A DNA stretch of 64,000 nt, from assembly GCA_963782115.1 (NCBI GenBank), contig CAWAIK010000001.1:672001-736000 (forward strand), written 5' to 3'. This document shows positions 10,915-19,807 of this stretch, one piece after another. The position numbers were made by a program, and so were the translations under genes. Numbering within the stretch: position 1 is the stretch's first letter; each line of letters starts with the position of its first letter. The notes beneath the pieces are model-generated. The model ran no database searches, was not told the origin of the DNA, and saw nothing but the letters and a program-made list of their open reading frames with translations. Source of the DNA: an uncultured Verrucomicrobiae bacterium (GTDB lineage: Bacteria > Verrucomicrobiota > Verrucomicrobiia > Chthoniobacterales > JAFAMB01).

Positions 10915-11268
10915 ATGGAAGATCGTGTTGTGTTGACTAAAATGGCAGGCTCCGCCTTGGCTGGATTGCTCTTCTTCGTTACCGCCATGTTTACGACGAT
11001 GCTCGATTTGACAGTTCTCTGGCGGAACATCTGGCTGGGATTTTGCCTCATCTTTTTTGTGCTGGCGGTGGCCGGCGTTTTTATCCTTTGCGGGGATCTC
11101 AATTCCGAGCACTCCGAACCAGACGACTGCGAAACCAAACGAATAGCGAGCGTTCGACACTGGATGAATGGAATTCCTGGTGGCTGCCGGTTCCTTGTTG
11201 TGGGTTGCGTTACTTCTCGTGCCTTGGCGACCCTGGAGCACCAGGGAACGTCTCGAACCGGGGGATGA
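10915..11268 (+). CDS. Small hypothetical membrane protein
   Basis: ATG at 10915; two hydrophobic segments; 3' part overlaps the next gene, so the end is uncertain. Confidence 0.45.
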   Translation: MEDRVVLTKMAGSALAGLLFFVTAMFTTMLDLTVLWRNIWLGFCLIFFVLAVAGVFILCGDLNSEHSEPDDCETKRIASVRHWMNGIPGGCRFLVVGCVTSRALATLEHQGTSRTGG

Positions 11269-12283
11269 ACGGGGCGAGCCGAATCCTTGTGATGTAACCG
11301 TGCTTATTCCGGCGCGGAACGAAGCGGCGGTCATTGGACGCACGCTATCGGCTCTCGGCACTCAGGGTCCGGGTCTGAAAGTGATTCTGGTGGATGATCA
11401 GTCCTCGGACGAAACCGCTTCTCTCGCCCTCTCGAAACTTGGGACCGGGCTCAAGGTAATCAAGGGGAAGCCTCTTCCTTCAGGCTGGACAGGTAAACTT
11501 TGGGCTCTCGAGCAAGGCTGGCGGAACACCAATACCGAACTGGTGTTGCTTCTGGATGCTGATATTGAGCTTGACCCTCGAATGATCGGAACGCTGAAGC
11601 AAAAACTGATCGAGGAACAGCTCGATCTCGTCTCGATCATGGCTTGGTTGCGCATGGAAACCTTCTGGGAAAAACTGCTCGCGCCCGCCTTCATTTATTT
11701 TTTCAAGCTGCTCTATCCCTTTTCTATCGGCAATGACCCGAATTCCAGCCTCGGAGTGGCAGCGGGCGGATGTATTCTTGTTCGGTCGGATTCGCTCCGG
11801 AAAACAGGTGCTTTTCTCTCAATCCGGGACGCCATCATTGATGACTGTTCGCTTGCCGGCAGCGTCAAGAAATCCGGAGGACGCACTTGGATCGGCCTGA
11901 GCCATTCGGCGCGAAGCCATCGCCCGTATGCGCAACTTTGGAGCTTTTGCGAGATGGTGGAACGCACCGCTTTCACGCAATTGAGCTATTCAGTGTGGCT
12001 GCTGCTCGCTACGACGTTCTTGATGTTGCTCGTCTTTTGGCTTCCCTGCGCCGGCCTTCTCTCTTCGTCGCTCGCGGTCAGAAATTTCGCCTTGATTGGA
12101 ATTTGCGCCATGCTCTGGTCTTATCTGCCGACCCTGCGCTACTATCGGAGATCGGTTCTATGGGCTGCGATGCTCCCGTTCGTCGGCGGCCTGTTTCTTC
12201 TCATGACATGGTCGTCTGCTGTAGGTTATTGGCGCGGTCAACGTTCGGAGTGGAAAGGCCGTGTCTATGCCCAAACGCCGTGA
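11168..12283 (+). CDS. GT2 glycosyltransferase, HpnB-like (hopanoid-associated)
   Basis: IPARNEA, VDDQSSD, LPSGWTGKLWAL, LLDADI, AAGGCIL, IIDDCSLA, WKGRVY. Confidence 0.85.
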   Translation: MEFLVAAGSLLWVALLLVPWRPWSTRERLEPGDERGEPNPCDVTVLIPARNEAAVIGRTLSALGTQGPGLKVILVDDQSSDETASLALSKLGTGLKVIKGKPLPSGWTGKLWALEQGWRNTNTELVLLLDADIELDPRMIGTLKQKLIEEQLDLVSIMAWLRMETFWEKLLAPAFIYFFKLLYPFSIGNDPNSSLGVAAGGCILVRSDSLRKTGAFLSIRDAIIDDCSLAGSVKKSGGRTWIGLSHSARSHRPYAQLWSFCEMVERTAFTQLSYSVWLLLATTFLMLLVFWLPCAGLLSSSLAVRNFALIGICAMLWSYLPTLRYYRRSVLWAAMLPFVGGLFLLMTWSSAVGYWRGQRSEWKGRVYAQTP

Positions 12284-12298
12284 AAAGGACCCGAAGGA

Positions 12299-12403
12299 CT
12301 ACCTTGCTCCGTTTCGCGCAAGGTTAGTCGCGATGGCGCTGCCAATCCCCCGGCTTGCCCCTGTGACAATGGCGACTCTATTTGCTAAACGATCTGAATT
12401 CAT
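12299..12403 (-). pseudogene. N-terminal stub of a short-chain dehydrogenase
   Basis: Manual translation MNSDRLANRVAIVTGASRGIGSAIATNLARNGAR*; TGxxxGIG motif then stop. Confidence 0.75.
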
Positions 12404-12531
12404 GTTTGCCTTTGTTAGCGAAAATGCCTATCGACGCTCTAAACGAAAAGTGCTAGCTTCTCCCGCCAGCGGGTTGTGAGACGTCAGCTTTCAGGCTGGC
12501 GCTTGGGCACATTGAAAGAAAGGTATTGATT

Positions 12532-12873
12532 ATGTCCACCGCAACTTTGAATGAACAACTTTGGGTAACCGTTCTCGAGGCTGCCGACTCTCTCAAGATC
12601 GATCCCTCGTGTCAGCTGTTTCTGCAGGCATGGATCACCAATGGTGTTGAGCGGATGCGCAACGAAAACCGCATTGCTCCGGGCGACATCGCCATCGCGA
12701 AAGATAACCTGAAGACTTTTGTCGAATTGATGAAGGCCGAGACTCATGCCCATGGGACTGAGAGGCTCGACAATAAATGCTTCCATGCCGCCCAGCACAG
12801 CCTGGAACGGCGTTCTTTTCTCACGGTTTATTCCCTCTGGCCTTTCTGGCCGCACGCGGTTGAAGGCAGATAA
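12532..12873 (+). CDS. Hypothetical protein, possible histone-fold; its 3' end contains attL
   Basis: 113-aa ORF ending ...LKTFVELMKAETHAHGTERLDNKCFHAA...SLWPFWPHAVEGR; the att core covers the FWPHA codons. Confidence 0.65.
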   Translation: MSTATLNEQLWVTVLEAADSLKIDPSCQLFLQAWITNGVERMRNENRIAPGDIAIAKDNLKTFVELMKAETHAHGTERLDNKCFHAAQHSLERRSFLTVYSLWPFWPHAVEGR

Positions 12874-12962
12874 TAGCGTTTTCCCTCGTAAAATAGCTCT
12901 GGTGAATGACTTAGCTTCGTGTAAATCCGTCTCAAGAATTGCAAGAAATACGCTCCGTTTCA

Positions 12963-12988
12963 GAAAAGTGTGCTAAAAGTGTGCTACT
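12963..12988 (+). repeat. Left arm-type integrase binding site (tandem AAAAGTGTGCT)
   Basis: GAAAAGTGTGCTAAAAGTGTGCTACT, identical to 26299-26324; ends 9 nt before the integrase ATG. Confidence 0.8.
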
Positions 12989-12997
12989 GTTGGCGCG

Positions 12998-14140
12998 ATG
13001 AAGTCCGAACGTTATCAACGGGTCGTAGCGCCGGCGGGATTCGACGGTCATCCGAAACGACATCCGTACTACTGCAAGAGCAAGTCGGCTGCCGCTGACC
13101 TCCGCTGGCGCATCCGCAAGTGGAAAACCGATCGAAAGACGCCCGGTCTACAAGTCGTCGAGATCACCGAATATGACCAAAATTGGATCGGATATCTCAA
13201 AAATCGGCTACCGAGCTTGGATCTCCTGCCCGGAGTTATAGACCATTGGGAGCGGACAGTCGCGACGGTGACAAATCGCGTGACCGTGCAGGAACTTCGC
13301 GAACGGTTCATTGAGTTTAAGTGCTGAGAAACCGATAGCCATAGAACGCGCGCCGACATCCGGACTCGGTTAAACGGATTCTGTTACCAATTCGGTCAAC
13401 GTCCCGCGCACGAGATAACCACGCCCGAACTGCGGACTTATTTGCAATCGTTGCCTAAGGGTTATTCCCGGCGGAACGCTTTTAAATGGTTGCGCCCAAT
13501 GTTTGAGTTTGGGAAGGAAAACCGAATGCTGGGCGTGAGTCCGTTTGACGGTATCGCCCGCCCGGAAGGTTCGAACAATGCGCCGAGAATCCATCAGCCA
13601 TCAGAGTTTGAACGGTTGCTAAACACCGCCGACGTACAATTTCCGGAGTTGCTGCCGTACATCGCGCTTGAAGGAGCTGGTTTTTTGCGGTCTTGCGAAC
13701 TGGTTCATACCCGCGCAAGCGATCTCGTGCTTGACTGGTCGGATATAGATTTTGAAAAACGGCTAATTCACGTTCGCCCCGGAGTCGCCAAAGATACACG
13801 GAGCGCCAACGGAAACGCGCGTCACCCCAAAATGGAAGACATCGTCTCCCACTGGCTGGAGCCGCACCGGAAGGACTCAGGCCCGGTCGTTGAGTGGGGC
13901 GAGCGCTATTTCCGAACGCAACTCAAAGAGCTTTATATTGCGGCGAATGTTGCGCCGGTTCCCAATGCGCTGCGGAAATCGTGCATGTCTTACGCTATCG
14001 CGTGGCGTCCTGAGATCGGCGTTGTTTACGTCTCCAAGCAAGCCGGCAACTCGGAAGCCGTAGCTCGCCGTTATTACATTGAGACGCTTGAGCCATCCGC
14101 CGGCGAGGCTTGGTTCGGGATTCGACGCGGGGCGGGGTAG
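12998..14140 (+). pseudogene. Tyrosine integrase interrupted by one in-frame TGA (13325-13327)
   Basis: ORFs 12998..13327 and 13442..14140 are in the same frame and the gap is otherwise open; catalytic-type motifs FLRSCEL, NALRKS, AGNS...RYY. Confidence 0.85.
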
Positions 14141-14584
14141 CGAGCCTTCATGGCGCGTTATTTCCCTTCATTTCTTATTCCCATCCATTCAACTATTGGA
14201 TCCGCAAGTAAACGAATCAGGAAACGACATTCTGCCAGCCGTGTTTCCCCCTACTCATGTAAGGAGGGAAACGGTACGGCGTTTCCAACTTGCAGTTAAG
14301 TTGTTGATTACAAACGACTTACGAAGGAAACGCTTGGAAACTCAAACCATGCCTTTTTGTTTCCTTAAGAAAGGTTAATCATGTCCTAAAGCATGCACTA
14401 TTGGGACGATTCGTATCCTAAAACTGAATCCCATAACTGACATGAGAATTCCCATATCACAACTATTTACGGATTCGGCCAGTCGTACTTGAATGTCCAT
14501 TTTTTGTCCAAATTGCGTCAGTGGATACTCCGCTGGCAATCGGCGAAATTGCTCTCTGTTGACAACAAATAGTGACTAAACTCT

Positions 14585-14690
14585 ATGAGCAAAAATGAAG
14601 ACTTCCTGACCATTTTCGAAGCAGCCGGGATAATCGGGATCGGTCAAACGGCGATGCGACGGCACATCGTCACGCGCGTCAATACGAGTA
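14585..14690 (+). pseudogene. Excisionase/AlpA-like HTH stub
   Basis: FLTIFEAAGIIGIGQTAMRR, a typical HTH_17-type start; runs into primase sequence in another frame. Confidence 0.55.
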
Positions 14691-15891
14691 CAACGGCGAC
14701 CGGGCGCGGAAGACTTTCACGCCGAAGGTCAAGCGTTTCAAACTCGATACCGCGCAAGCGACGGAGGATATCCCTTCCCTGGATATTCCGCTTGTCGAAT
14801 TCCTGAAACTAGCGTTCCGACCCGGCGAGACGATTTGCATAACGAAGACCGCGGAGCTCCGCGAAGGTAAATACATCCCGGCTTGTAAGGGAACCTTTCA
14901 AACCATCGAATGGTGGGCGGAGACGATCGCCCGGCGACCAGGATTCTTCGACGGCGAGCCAGGCGCTTGGATACGCCTTAATCCTTTCTTGCCCGACACG
15001 TTCGGAGCTCTAGACAAGGAGATCTCAGCTTTCCGGCATGTGCTCGTTGAATTCGACTCGAAGCCGAAGGCCGAGCAATGGCGTATTTTCAAGTCTTGCG
15101 GTCTGCCGATTGCCGGCGTGATCGACTCCGCGGGAAAGTCGTTGCACGCGTGGGTGCGTGTGGACGCCAAAGACGGCGCCGAGTATAAGGTGCGCCAAGA
15201 GCGCGTCTACGAATACTTGGCCGACGTGATGGACGACAAAGGCAATAAGAATCCGTCTCGATTCTCGCGGCTGCCGGGCGCGATGCGCGGCGAGCAGGTA
15301 CAGCAATTGATCGCCGTGAACCTCGGCGCCGCCAGTTGGAACGATTGGGAAACTGAGAACATCAATGATGAATCAGAATCATTCGACGTGATCGATCTAT
15401 TAAACTTCGATTGCAAGAATGACCCTGATTGTTTGATCGGTGACAGGTGGCTGTGCCGAGGTGACTCGTACCGTGACCAAGGGTAAAAAGGATAACGTTT
15501 ACGCTGTCGAGTTTGGCAAGCGAGGTATACGAGCCGGCATGGCGGATAGTGACGGGAAACCGACGATATGCTCTTTCTGCGGCGCGCGCCGATGGGACAA
15601 TGTTATTGGTCGCAATCGACGGACATCGCAAGCAAAGAAGATTTGGTTGCGGAACGCGAACATCAAAGCCGGGAAAAACTTCGTCTGTTCATAATAGAAC
15701 GTGGGAGCGTGACGCTTCAACAATTAAAGGACAACGCAGCGGGGATCGGTTACGCGGTAAACTCGATTTTCGATGCGGCGACGGCTTTATCGGAAGAGAG
15801 CTTGAATTCCGACGAACTGATTTATCACTACAAAAAGGGAACCGGCGGCTGTCCGGCGAACGTGTTCACGACCGCCGAACGCTTCGTGTGA
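14670..15891 (+). pseudogene. Primase-helicase (RepB-type primase domain plus remnant of an AAA/RecA-like helicase), internally deleted and frameshifted
   Basis: Frame of ORF 14989 is open upstream (GAWIRLNP); RHVLVEFD, VIDSAGKSLHAWVRV, KNPSRFSRLPG; DPDCLIGDRWLCRG jumps to EFGKRGIRAG with no Walker A in between. Confidence 0.7.
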
Positions 15892-15897
15892 GAGTCC

Positions 15898-16140
15898 GTG
15901 TAAAAGGCCACTTTCAATCCCATCAGTTTACTTCTGCACGGGCGTTTAGAATCAGCGTGCAGAAGGTGTGTTGAAATTGGGACTTACGAGGGAAAAGGCT
16001 TTTACACGCCCGTGCAGAAGTACCGTGTAGAAGTCTTTTTTCCCATTAAATAATAACTTCTGCACACACGCTATTCTTAGAAGCGTATGCGGAAGAATTG
16101 GTGTTTTAAACGAACCATGCAGAAGTAGTTGTGCAGAAGT
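15898..16140. repeat. Iteron-like array RTGYRRAAG (core GTGCAGAAGT), both orientations; putative origin
   Basis: Copies at 15898, 15930(rc), 15957, 15998(rc), 16012, 16025, 16056(rc), 16087, 16117, 16131. Confidence 0.75.
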
Positions 16141-16381
16141 AACCGGGCTTTACGCTTTTGCTTAATCGCATCGCAACCTAGCAGACTACAGCGTCCAGTC
16201 GCCTACGGCGCGTTCACTGTCGCCTGCCCTGGCGCGTTCGACGGCCAACGTGCGTCATTGTCTATGCCAATCAGTGTAGGGCATCCTAGAGCGTTCATGA
16301 ATGTGATGGCGTAAGCCCCGGATCGCGACAAGTCTCGGGAAGTGTAGCCGGCGAAGTAGAGTGGACATCGAGCCAAGATCG

Positions 16382-16882
16382 ATGCACGTAAATAACATCG
16401 GTGATGGGCTGCACCCGCTTGGGGTTAACTCGGACAATCGCTTAGAGGGAATCTGTGATTTCGATTGGGAAGCCGTAGACGATCACATTGACGGTGAAGC
16501 GCCAGAGTAGCAAATTTCCTTTTCTGACATGAGCGCTGCGTTCTCCATCGTCTTAGATTGGATCACATCCTCGCGCGGACCCGACGTTAGGATTCCTGCG
16601 AGCCGAGCTTATGCTCTCGCGTTTCTTCTGTGGCCAGAGACTTCGAAGTTCTCCTCACTCTCCGAGATTGCGGTAGCCTGCGGACTGACTAAAGCGGCGG
16701 TATCCAAATCCCTCCTTGACTTCAAAGACCAATCGGGGCTCACGATATCCGCCGGCAAAGGACATTATACGCGCGGTAAGTTCCGAGTTGCTCAAAACGC
16801 AGCTGTTGCAAAAGGGAGCCACGCGAGTAACATCAGAACGGGCCGGCAAGTCGTAGGGCGTCGTGGGCTGTCGAACTTATAA
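16382..16882 (+). pseudogene. HTH protein with an in-frame TAG near 16508
   Basis: ATG at 16382 is in frame with ORF 16529; ...DFDWEAVDDHIDGEAPE*QISFSDMSAA...; HTH LSEIAVACGLTKAAVSK. Confidence 0.6.
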
Positions 16883-17133
16883 AAGGAATCTCTTTGATCA
16901 AATTTAGCCATTGGGTACTAGTGTCCGGCGGGTGTTCTTTAAGCGCGAACAAACTTTTCATTTAGACGCCGTGTCGCACTAGCCTTGTCGCATATCGTAA
17001 CTAAACGCGGTGTTTTGATTCCCGGTTTCCCTACGGGGAATGCGCTAAACGCCTATAACGCCGCAACTTAACAGGGGTGCGACATGTCGCGAGTTGGTGT
17101 CGTTTTTTGGGCTGACATTGCGACATCGGTGTT

Positions 17134-17862
17134 ATGTCGTCCACGCCAGATAAACCCGTTAGCCGAATCAAGGAACTTGCCAAAGAGTACGGTCGATCCG
17201 TCCGCACGATCGAACGCTGGCGCAAAGCCGGCTGCGATCTAAACGACCCGAAAGCCGTTCGTGAGAATTCCGCGATCAAAAATGCACTAGCGCGCGGCGG
17301 AACGGCAAGGAAGGCGGTCGGGAATCAAGAGCCGCTTATCTTTGATCCGTGCGCAGCGACGGCTATCGCGATAAACGACGGCGGCGAGCTCGACATCTCG
17401 GACCTTCCCGAAACCACGGGTCAAGGCGCCGCGGCTGCGCTCAAGCGACTTCAGGAATTCGAGGCTCGTTTTGCGTCCAGGCTACTAGCGGCGCTAGATA
17501 CCGGACGCGCTGACGTGATCCAAGTTGCGCGCGACGACTACTCCAAGGTCGCGAACAGCCTCCGCCAGTACGAGAAGGAAGTCGAAGTCACCAAGCGAGA
17601 CCTTGGCCACTTGATACCCAAGAACGGCGCCCGAGCCTCGGCGATCTGGTTCCGACTCGCTTGGCGAATGTGGCTTTCGTCCACGCTGCCGGCTCTCATG
17701 GCCATCGGGACCGATCCGCGCGCCATCAAGATGGAAGCCGAGCGCTCCTTTGCGGACTTCTTAGGCGTCGCACTTAAGAATGCTGCCGGCGCTCAACTCT
17801 CGATTCCGGCGTGGGCGGACGAGGTCATTCGAGAGGAGTGGCACTTACCGCCATGTGGATAA
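17134..17862 (+). CDS. Terminase small subunit-like protein (lambda Nu1-type winged HTH)
   Basis: IKELAKEYGRSVRTIERWRKAGC resembles the Nu1 N-terminus; coiled-coil C-terminal half; followed by a terL-like stub. Confidence 0.65.
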   Translation: MSSTPDKPVSRIKELAKEYGRSVRTIERWRKAGCDLNDPKAVRENSAIKNALARGGTARKAVGNQEPLIFDPCAATAIAINDGGELDISDLPETTGQGAAAALKRLQEFEARFASRLLAALDTGRADVIQVARDDYSKVANSLRQYEKEVEVTKRDLGHLIPKNGARASAIWFRLAWRMWLSSTLPALMAIGTDPRAIKMEAERSFADFLGVALKNAAGAQLSIPAWADEVIREEWHLPPCG

Positions 17863-17950
17863 GTACGGTCGATTGGGCGGAACAGTATTTCTATTACGAT
17901 CGCACGAGCACAGTACAAGGTCGCTTTCGGATCGCTCACGCCGGCGAATG
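17853..17950 (+). pseudogene. N-terminal stub of a gpA-type terminase large subunit
   Basis: ISTVDWAEQYFYYDRTSTVQGRFRI resembles the gpA N-terminal TxxEWA...GRW segment; no ATPase domain follows. Confidence 0.55.
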
Positions 17951-18009
17951 CAACCGAGGGCAAACGTTGCCTAACATGTACACAGTCTGGTTGACTCCGT
18001 TTCTAAGTC

Positions 18010-18114
18010 ATGACCGAAACCGTCTACGTGACCCGAAACGAGCTTGCGCGCTTGCGCGGGTGCAACGTGCGATCCTTGCGCTCGGCTGGTAAATACCATG
18101 TCCGAGCTGCGTAG
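18010..18114 (+). CDS. Short HTH-like ORF or stub (34 aa)
   Basis: MTETVYVTRNELARLRGCNVRSLRSAGKYHVRAA*. Confidence 0.35.
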   Translation: MTETVYVTRNELARLRGCNVRSLRSAGKYHVRAA

Positions 18115-18150
18115 GGAACCAAACTTCAAACAATCTCTTTCAAAAATATT

Positions 18151-18567
18151 ATGTCAGATAAAACTCTCAACGAAAAAGAACTCGCAGCGGTGCACGGCGC
18201 CCGACTAGCGGATGTAGCGAACAAGATAGCGGCTCAAACAGCAGTCGTCATCGTAGCGGGCAATGTCGCTCGCACTTTTGCAACCGAGACCGCACACCAA
18301 CTCGCGAACCATCGGCTCGCCGTTGCGCTCGCCCTCGTTAACGACACGTTCGAGAAGTCGCCCCTTGGCGATCCGGAACATTTAGCCCGGCATGACAAAC
18401 GGTTTTTACAAGCGACGGCGCTCGCCGGCTGCTTCACGACGTATCTCGATAAAGAGAACGAGATTGCCAGTCTCCGCCAGTTGCGGTCGCACTTCGAGCC
18501 GGTTCTTGAGGCCGTGAAAACGGAGCCTGAACTCAAGCTAGCGTTCCCGGAAGCTTGGTTAAAGTAG
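18151..18567 (+). CDS. Hypothetical protein
   Basis: 138-aa ORF with ATG start, followed by a terminator. Confidence 0.65.
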   Translation: MSDKTLNEKELAAVHGARLADVANKIAAQTAVVIVAGNVARTFATETAHQLANHRLAVALALVNDTFEKSPLGDPEHLARHDKRFLQATALAGCFTTYLDKENEIASLRQLRSHFEPVLEAVKTEPELKLAFPEAWLK

Positions 18568-18602
18568 CTCTGCGCCATTTTTTGAGATAGTGTGTTTCAA
18601 AG

Positions 18603-18630
18603 AAGCCCGGCTGCAAAGTCGGGCTTTTTG
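18603..18630 (+). terminator. Intrinsic terminator
   Basis: AAGCCCGGCT-GCAA-AGTCGGGCTT followed by TTT. Confidence 0.8.
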
Positions 18631-18800
18631 CGTAAAAAATAACACAATGTTTTCTTTGTTGAACATTCTAACGATTTGATAGCGATTCGCGCAATGGTAA
18701 CTTAATCATTTAATGTTAACAACTTCCAACATAGTTGAATGTTAGCAACACACGATAATAATGTTGTTGACAAGCTTAGGCGGGGCTGTAGATTGGCCCT

Positions 18801-18977
18801 GTGATTACAACACAAACACGATTTCTATTGCAAGAATTACAACGCTACGCCGGGAAAGTTCAAGCTGCTAAGAATTCCAACACACAATACGACGCAGCAT
18901 TCGAGCTAGGGATCGTGGCCGAAGAGCTAAAGACCGAGATCACGGGCAGAATGTCACAGGCGGGATTTCTCCTTTAA
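18801..18977 (+). CDS. Small, apparently leaderless protein (58 aa)
   Basis: GTG start 6 nt after TTGACA-N16-TAGATT (18767-18794); VITTQTRFLLQELQRYAGKVQ...AGFLL*. Confidence 0.45.
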   Translation: MITTQTRFLLQELQRYAGKVQAAKNSNTQYDAAFELGIVAEELKTEITGRMSQAGFLL

Positions 18978-19807
18978 CGATTGCCAGCGCGCGCCGACGC
19001 CCGTGATTGCCTCAAGTTTGCGTAGCGTAACGGCGGAGCTCGTACGCGCGTGCCATGAACGGCTTCGCTCCGGAGCGAAATGCTTTGCATCTTTGAGCGC
19101 CGATGGCTCGGCGATCATTGACTACAAATGAGAAGGCCCAGGCTGAGAGGCTTAAACGACTGAAGCAATTTTTACAGAAGGGCAGCGTTAGAGAATTCCC
19201 GGAGCTGCGAACTCCGGGTCTTTATTTTTGTATGGTTGCGGTTTTCGCAGAGCTCGGAGTCATGCTGCCGGGCGCCAGAGCCGGCACTTCGCGCGGAACG
19301 ACTGACAGCGGAAGCTGCAAATGTCCTTGCGTTTCGAACGTTGAGAGCAGTGCAAGCAGCGCCGCCTGAATCCAAACTTCCCCACGAATTTGAGTCTCAT
19401 TCTCCAGATTCACTAGACGACGAATCGTCGGACCATCGAGTTACGTTCCGGGTATTTTCTTAGAAATCCATTAGCCTGAGTGTCCATGATAGCCTTGTGC
19501 TTCTTTCGTATGTGTCATAATTGCGATGATTTCTCGTAGCTACGACCGATGTTTGATAAAGTGAAGGCTTCAATCTACAGCGATAGGTCAATCCCCGAGT
19601 CTTGACGGATACGATGTTCGTATGAACACTTAGGCTATGTCGCTTACTCCAAAAGCAATCCAAGACATGCTCGACGAGTTGGAAGCGTCCTGAACCTCAC
19701 GCAAAATCCGTTGGGTAAAGCGGAAATATTTCGTAGACGGGTCCAAATTTTTTCTGGTTGAGTGACAGCACCTATTATAAGAGACCAACTCCAAGCATCT
19801 CAAAGCG

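Noticed and set aside
13325..13327. Stop-codon recoding or alternative genetic code in the element
   Set aside because: Both TGA and TAG interruptions occur alongside deletions and frameshifts, and TGA ends other genes normally; decay is the simpler explanation.
15898..16140. CRISPR-like array
   Set aside because: Repeats are about 10 bp, irregularly spaced and in both orientations; no cas genes.
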